DNA of 64,000 bases from the NCBI GenBank assembly GCA_050292965.1, contig JBNKMF010000008.1, positions 7,337-71,336 on the forward strand, written 5' to 3'. Positions 58,694 through 64,000 of this stretch are shown piece by piece. This DNA comes from Gammaproteobacteria bacterium. Lineage in GTDB: Bacteria; Pseudomonadota; Gammaproteobacteria; GCA-001735895. The position numbers were made by a program, and so were the translations under genes. Below the pieces are notes generated by a model, which was not told the DNA's origin, did not search any database, and was given only the letters and a program-made list of their open reading frames with translations. Each line of letters opens with the position of its first letter. The first letter of the stretch is position 1.

Positions 58694-59539
58694 ATGCAGA
58701 ATATTTTCCAACAGGCACGTGGTCATGTAATACCCTCTTTATTTCTGGTTGCGCTTTGCTTCTCTTTGATGGTGGTAGACCATCGCTTTACCTATCTTGA
58801 AGTGGTTCGCTCCAGTATTGCAGTCGTTATTTCCCCTTTACGTTATCTGGTTAGTCTGCCCGCACAGTCGGGCGCCTGGGTCAGTGAATGGTTTACAACT
58901 CATAATAGTCTTGTAGCTGAAAATAATCGCCTTAAAGACGAACAGAGGCTGTTAAATGCTCGCCTGCAAAAAACACAGGTTTTACAACAGGAAAATACCC
59001 GACTACGAAACTTGCTCAGTTCAGCACGTAAGGTTGCGGATGATGTCATCGTGGCTGAATTACTCTCGGTCGATCAAAACCCTTACCGCCAGTTGATCGA
59101 ATTGAATAAGGGCTCACTGGATAGTATTCACGATGGACAGGCTGTGATTGATGAACATGGCATTATGGGCCAGGTGATTCATGTCACCCCAAACTCATCA
59201 ACCGTCATGCTGATTTCAGATCCAGAACATGCTATTCCGGTACAGTTCATTAATACCGGCTTACGTTCCGTGGCATTTGGAACAGGTAGCACACAGGAGC
59301 TGGAGTTACGATTTCTACCGGCCACGGCAGATGTCAAGGTAGGTGATGAGCTGGTTACCTCCGGACTTGGTGGGCGCTTCCCAGCGGATTATCCGGTTGC
59401 CACTGTGAGCGAGATCAGACTGGATAAAACTCATGGGTTTATATCGGCGTTAGCGCGTCCACAGGCTCAACTTGATAGCAGCCGCGAAGTGCTGGTTATT
59501 CAACCACGCCAGGAGAATCAGCAAGATGATCAGCTTTAA
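58694..59539 (+). CDS. mreC: rod shape-determining protein MreC
   Basis: TM segment plus coiled coil 'ENNRLKDEQRLL', then a beta-rich domain. Follows mreB. Confidence 0.9.
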   Translation: MQNIFQQARGHVIPSLFLVALCFSLMVVDHRFTYLEVVRSSIAVVISPLRYLVSLPAQSGAWVSEWFTTHNSLVAENNRLKDEQRLLNARLQKTQVLQQENTRLRNLLSSARKVADDVIVAELLSVDQNPYRQLIELNKGSLDSIHDGQAVIDEHGIMGQVIHVTPNSSTVMLISDPEHAIPVQFINTGLRSVAFGTGSTQELELRFLPATADVKVGDELVTSGLGGRFPADYPVATVSEIRLDKTHGFISALARPQAQLDSSREVLVIQPRQENQQDDQL

Positions 59540-60005
59540 TATACTGGTCATTCCGCTAAGTTTGATATTAGGTCTGGTGTTGCTGATTTTGCCATTACCA
59601 ACAGAGGCTCAGCTGTATCGTCCAGACTGGATTGCATTGGTACTGATCTACTGGAATATGGCTTTACCCAAGCGGGTCGGTCTGTGGACTGCTTTTTTTA
59701 CCGGTCTATTTGTCGATGTGGCTCAGGGTACCCTGCTGGGACAGCATAGTCTGGCACTGGTGATTATCATCTTTATCAATATGAATCTTCTGTTACAGGT
59801 CAGGGTATTATCTCTGGGACGTCAGGCTTTTTATATATTTTCATTATTACTGATCAATCAATTCACTGTGGTATGGATTGAAGGTGTGTTGCATCGTGAG
59901 CCGGAAATTATGGCTTATTTAGGAGCACCTCTGACCGGTATGGCAATCTGGCCATGGGTCTTCATCGTGTTACGCGATATTCGTCGTAAGGCACAAGTCA
60001 CTTAA
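59526..60005 (+). CDS. mreD: rod shape-determining protein MreD
   Basis: 159-aa polytopic protein starting at ATG 59526. Overlaps the mreC 3' end by 14 nt. Confidence 0.85.
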   Translation: MISFNILVIPLSLILGLVLLILPLPTEAQLYRPDWIALVLIYWNMALPKRVGLWTAFFTGLFVDVAQGTLLGQHSLALVIIIFINMNLLLQVRVLSLGRQAFYIFSLLLINQFTVVWIEGVLHREPEIMAYLGAPLTGMAIWPWVFIVLRDIRRKAQVT

Positions 60006-60027
60006 CCTCTCTCGTTCTGAGTATTAC

Positions 60028-61173
60028 ATGTCATATCAATATATCAATAGCGACCAGGCACTAGCCGAATTCTGCAGTAGCATTCAGGATTGTCAGTATT
60101 GCGCGCTAGATACCGAATTCATTCGTGAAAAGACCTATTACCCTCTGCTAGCCCTGATCCAGTTAGCCACAGAAAATGCTCAGGCCTGTATTGATCCGCT
60201 TGAAATCAGGGATTTCTCCCCCTTGGTGAATCTTTTTAACAAATCATCCATGCTAAAAATACTGCATTCACCCAGTCAGGATCTTGAGTTGTTTCACTAT
60301 AACTTTAACGCCTTGCCGAGCCCTATATTTGATACCCAGATAGCTGCAGCGGTGTTGGGTTTCGCCAATCAGATCGGATATGCCGATCTGGTCGCGCGCG
60401 TTTGCGGAGTACAGCTAGAAAAGAAATACACCCGTGCCGACTGGAGTAGACGACCGCTATCAGAAGGCGAGCTGGATTATGCGATGGATGATGTACGTTA
60501 CCTGATTGAAATCCAGCAGAAGCTTACCGAGCAACTGAAACAGAAGGATCGTCTGTCCTGGGTGGAAGCAGATTTTACGCGCATGATTGACCCTCAAAAT
60601 TATCAGGTAGATATGACAGGTCTTTGGAAACGCCTGAAAGGTGTACAAAAGCTGAAAGGTATCGCGTTGAATCACGCTGACCAGCTATGTCGCTGGCGTG
60701 AAAAGCGAGCCATGGAAAAAGATCGTCCCAGGCGCTGGATTATCAAAGACGAGGACATCGTCGATATTGCGCGATTTAAGCCCAAAACAGTGAAAGACCT
60801 GAATCAGATCGGTAATCTGAGTGCTGATTACATCAAAAAAATTGGCTCTGAAATTCTTCAGGTGCTGACCCAATCAGATCAAATGGATGCGGCTGATTAT
60901 CCCAGACATTCAGATTTTGTACGGCTCGATAATGAGCAGCAGGCACAGGCTGATTGTTTAATGGCAATGTGCCGGGTACTTACAGGAGAGAATGAGATTG
61001 CCATTACGTCGGTGGTAAGCAAGAAGGACATTGATGAACTGGTCGTTGGACACAGGAATGGGAAGATTTTGCAGGGATGGCGCAGTCAGATGCTGGGTCA
61101 GCATCTGGTGAGGTTTTTAGAAGGGGAGTTGAGTTTGACGTGTAAAGATGGACGGCTTGAGTTTCAACGATGA
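60028..61173 (+). CDS. rnd: ribonuclease D
   Basis: DEDD exonuclease motifs 'ALDTEF', 'HSPSQDLE', 'YAMDDVRYL', plus HRDC-like regions. Collinear with E. coli Rnd. Confidence 0.9.
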   Translation: MSYQYINSDQALAEFCSSIQDCQYCALDTEFIREKTYYPLLALIQLATENAQACIDPLEIRDFSPLVNLFNKSSMLKILHSPSQDLELFHYNFNALPSPIFDTQIAAAVLGFANQIGYADLVARVCGVQLEKKYTRADWSRRPLSEGELDYAMDDVRYLIEIQQKLTEQLKQKDRLSWVEADFTRMIDPQNYQVDMTGLWKRLKGVQKLKGIALNHADQLCRWREKRAMEKDRPRRWIIKDEDIVDIARFKPKTVKDLNQIGNLSADYIKKIGSEILQVLTQSDQMDAADYPRHSDFVRLDNEQQAQADCLMAMCRVLTGENEIAITSVVSKKDIDELVVGHRNGKILQGWRSQMLGQHLVRFLEGELSLTCKDGRLEFQR

Positions 61174-61232
61174 AATAGCAGATGATACTGTGACTTATGG
61201 CTCACTGCTCATTGAGAGTTATCGCCGGTTAG

Positions 61233-61694
61233 TTACCCGACTCCCTTCATCTTTGCAAAATTAGCGGTGACTGTATCCATTGAATTAACATGAGCCTTAA
61301 ACCAGTCAGGCCACTGCCTGAAAACATAATCCGATAATTGTTGTAAATCTTTATTCTTTTCCCAGGCGTTAATCACTACCCGCATAACATTCAAGGCATT
61401 TTCATGTTCTCCTGAATGCACCAGATACGGTGGAAAATTCATCTCTAGCATAAGCTCATTTTCACGTTGAAAATGAGCTTCGGTATGCTTTAACCATTGA
61501 ATCAGTGACTCAGATATCCCTTTATTATTTAGTTCATCTGACGCAGCTTTTAACTTTTCCATTAATGAAATGACAAGGGCAACTTCTTCCTTATGAGTCT
61601 GGTTCATGAAATCTATAGCAACCATGGGGATGTTTTCTGGGGTTAAGTTGGTTGATGGCATTTTGGGGGTTGGGGTTAGTTGAGAAGGCTGCAT
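61233..61694 (-). CDS. hemerythrin-like metal-binding domain protein
   Basis: 'IDFMNQTHKEE', 'HTEAHFQRENELM', 'FPPYLVHSGEHE'. The exact start is uncertain. Confidence 0.6.
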   Translation of the reverse strand: MQPSQLTPTPKMPSTNLTPENIPMVAIDFMNQTHKEEVALVISLMEKLKAASDELNNKGISESLIQWLKHTEAHFQRENELMLEMNFPPYLVHSGEHENALNVMRVVINAWEKNKDLQQLSDYVFRQWPDWFKAHVNSMDTVTANFAKMKGVG

Positions 61695-61855
61695 GTTAGC
61701 ATTTTGACTTGATAGATATCAGGGCTAACCTTCAAAAATTACAACCTCTGGTTGCGTAAACACTTCATCCTCTGGTAATTCTCCCTCACAGCATTCGCTG
61801 TGAAGGAGAATTACAAACAGCCCCAAACAACTTCTCTCGATGACATGTTAGTTAG

Positions 61856-62107
61856 CTATGCCTTTTTAATAAGGCGTACAACGAATATTAATAAGACCGC
61901 ACCCGCAGTTGCTGTAATAATTTGCCCGATTAATCCACCCGCTGAGATACCAGGTAGACCAAACACAAAACCACCTAATACGGCGCCAATTACACCAACA
62001 AGCATGTTGCCCAGCAGTCCAAATCCACGGCCTTTCATCAATGTTCCAGCCAGCCATCCCGCAATGACACCAATTACTAGAAAAATTATTAACCCTGTTA
62101 CCTTCAT
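61856..62107 (-). CDS. GlsB/YeaQ/YmgE-family small stress membrane protein
   Basis: 83 aa: 'IGVIAGWLAGTLMKGRGFGLLGNMLVGVIGAVLGG'. Confidence 0.85.
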   Translation of the reverse strand: MKVTGLIIFLVIGVIAGWLAGTLMKGRGFGLLGNMLVGVIGAVLGGFVFGLPGISAGGLIGQIITATAGAVLLIFVVRLIKKA

Positions 62108-62377
62108 AATATTACCTCTGCTATTAATAATATTTAGTCTATTGCGCCCAGGCGCTTAAAATGACTGGTTGGTATGAAATTCTATGATCCTGTTCATTCA
62201 TACCATAATTCATGCCAGTCCTATTCTTAACTTAAAACTCATAAATTAATATTTATATCTATTACCGAGTGATGATATTAATCATTAATGGGAAGGGTAC
62301 GCCTACCCCTAATTAGCAGCAATATGGTAGCAAAGTAAATTACTACAGATTGGCTGGTAGAAATATCACTCTGAAGA

Positions 62378-63067
62378 TCATTCTATTTCGCAACTAATGT
62401 TTTTATTAGCAAGTTCTGAGTGTCCTGCTAAATAGTACATGATGCTGCTAGCAGTTAACTTAAATGTAGGCGAAATATCCATTCCGGTACTTTTAAGGCC
62501 TTTAGCCGTCCACTTGTTGCAGGTGTTCATTAAATAATAATCACCTACGCCTTTATAAAACTGGCTGTCTCCATATATCCCATTTTTTAAAGCCACAACG
62601 GCTCCACTATCGTCTTTATAAAAACTGTTGGAAATAAAGGTAATAAGCGATGACAGCTCACTATCGGTTAGGCACAATCTCTCGATCTCACTGTGAGGAA
62701 AATAGTCTTCTGTCTGAATGGGTACTGCTACCGAGTGTATGACAGAATCTGTGGGCCAGAATATTGCCTGTATAGTTAATCCAGATGTTATTTCCTTTGC
62801 CTGGTAAAATCCTTTGTCTCCCCACCCAATCTCTAAAAATGGTATATCTTTAAAACGTACTGCAAGCTCAGGAATAGACTGCTCAATGGCTGGCATGGGT
62901 ATAACAAAACCTGTATGCCATCCATGGCTCACAACGTAAACTGAGTTTTCGCCAATCCCTAGATACTTTTCATGATGGTCGGCCACAAATGGCTGTGCCT
63001 GGCATCCAGACAGGAGCAGTATTATTAATAATAAAAGCAGATTCTTCATGTCTTGAACTGTGTTCAT
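62378..63067 (-). CDS. lipoprotein, TIGR02117-like (DUF2459-like) family
   Basis: Lipobox 'LLLSGC'. 'SHGWHTGFVIP', 'EIGWGDKGFY', 'NTCNKWTAKGL'. Confidence 0.5.
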   Translation of the reverse strand: MNTVQDMKNLLLLLIILLLSGCQAQPFVADHHEKYLGIGENSVYVVSHGWHTGFVIPMPAIEQSIPELAVRFKDIPFLEIGWGDKGFYQAKEITSGLTIQAIFWPTDSVIHSVAVPIQTEDYFPHSEIERLCLTDSELSSLITFISNSFYKDDSGAVVALKNGIYGDSQFYKGVGDYYLMNTCNKWTAKGLKSTGMDISPTFKLTASSIMYYLAGHSELANKNISCEIE

Positions 63068-63363
63068 ATTTCATCAATTGTAAGTATTTTAGTCGACATT
63101 GATATAGATGCCGACACCGATAACCACTGCTAATTGGGTTGACATAACGAGGGCTTACTAACCTTATAAACGGCAATCAAAAGGACACTGTAAGCTAACT
63201 ATTGGCTAATGATAATTATTGTTTTTAATTAATTTACGAATATTTGAAAAGTATGTCGAGTTTCCAGGAAAGGCTGTTATAAATATAGCGAAGCTTGTAA
63301 TATGGGGATAGGAACTTTATTGTCCTATACTTTTTATCCCGTGCTTTATAGAAAGGACTGAGT

Positions 63364-64000
63364 GATGTTATTACGAAGTAAGCTCTTAATTTCGATTGTT
63401 ATGGTGGCCATTGCTACACTTTTTTTTGCGGTGTTAACGGTGGGACTACGTACCAATGGTGAGGTGCGTAATTTGGTGTCGACTTCGGTTACTAACCGTT
63501 TGGTGGCTCTACGTGAGGTGCAAAAAGAACGGGTAGAAAACTATTTCACCAACACCTTTAAGGTGGTGACTTACACCGCAGAAAACCCGGCAACGGCTAC
63601 AGCGATGGATAGCTTCGCTGGTGGCTTTTCACTAACACCACAAGTCGATGACAGTTTTAAGCAGGATTTGTCAAAGTTTTACTCAGGAGCTTTCTACGAT
63701 TTTTATCAAAAGGAAGATGCGGCCTTTAGCGCCGAGCAGGCAACTGATATTGCCAGTAAGCTCGACCTTGGCGCGTTGTTTTACCAAACTCGTTACATCG
63801 CACGTAATAAAAGCCCCATCGGCCAGAAAAGTGAGTTAGTGCTAGCACCAAAAGCAGGTAAGTTCACGGCACGTTATGAGGTCTACCATTCTGAGTTTCA
63901 TCCTATTTTTAAACAGGTTCGAGACAAGTTTGAATTTGTTGATCTGTACTTAATTGATGAACAGGGTCGCATAGTCTACTCGGTTGAAAAGAATATTGAT
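63364..64000 (+). CDS. 5' part of a membrane sensor protein with periplasmic Cache-like domain (MCP, cyclase or kinase; 3' end outside window)
   Basis: I translated an open frame from ATG 63364 to the window edge (not in the ORF track because it has no stop). TM helix 'LLISIVMVAIATLFFAVLTV', then 'DLYLIDEQGRIVYSVEKNID', typical of Cache sensors. Confidence 0.65.

Noticed and set aside
61800-62159. 119-aa plus-strand Pro/Thr/Ile-rich ORF and 63-aa minus-strand ORF overlapping the YeaQ-family gene.
   Set aside because: They are antisense or alternative-frame shadows of a Gly/Ile/Val-rich membrane protein gene. The 83-aa minus-strand frame matches the GlsB/YeaQ/YmgE family.

Overview
This is a chromosomal window from a moderately AT-rich, probably gammaproteobacterial genome. 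That inference rests on gene content and order only: gatCAB, then divergent mreBCD-rnd, plus acnB, glcB, lepB, deaD, hslO and rarD. All homology calls were made by eye from the translated ORFs and from memory of protein families; nothing was searched or computed. I support about 56 coding regions, mostly housekeeping. I saw no rRNA, tRNA, CRISPR array, integrase, transposase, prophage gene or recognisable defence gene.

The non-routine content is as follows.
(1) Two tandem giant secreted paralogs (1286 and 1539 aa) have an MshQ-like/LamG architecture, but no pilus genes lie anywhere in the window. They arose by a segmental duplication that also copied the downstream GNAT gene, and that copy is now a decayed pseudogene.
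(2) A 1120-aa secreted M4 (thermolysin-family) metalloprotease carries a roughly 610-aa C-terminal extension. The extension holds Asp-rich TSP3-like calcium-binding repeats, two paralogous beta-sandwich-like modules and a GlyGly-CTERM-like sorting tail.
(3) purT is a multiply disrupted pseudogene.
(4) A D-amino-acid catabolic cluster is present (DUF1989, DgcN-like, DgcA-like, D-amino-acid transaminase).
(5) A PHA locus (phaA-phaR-phaP-phaB) has no synthase gene in the window. A divergent 349-aa coiled-coil/HhH protein sits where phaE would be expected.
(6) There are several families of structured intergenic repeats, including a 290-bp MITE candidate with 17-bp terminal inverted repeats and a 5-bp target-site duplication, and a roughly 400-bp element with roughly 65-bp inverted arms.
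(7) An orphan plus-strand intrinsic terminator has no CDS in front of it and may mark a small RNA.
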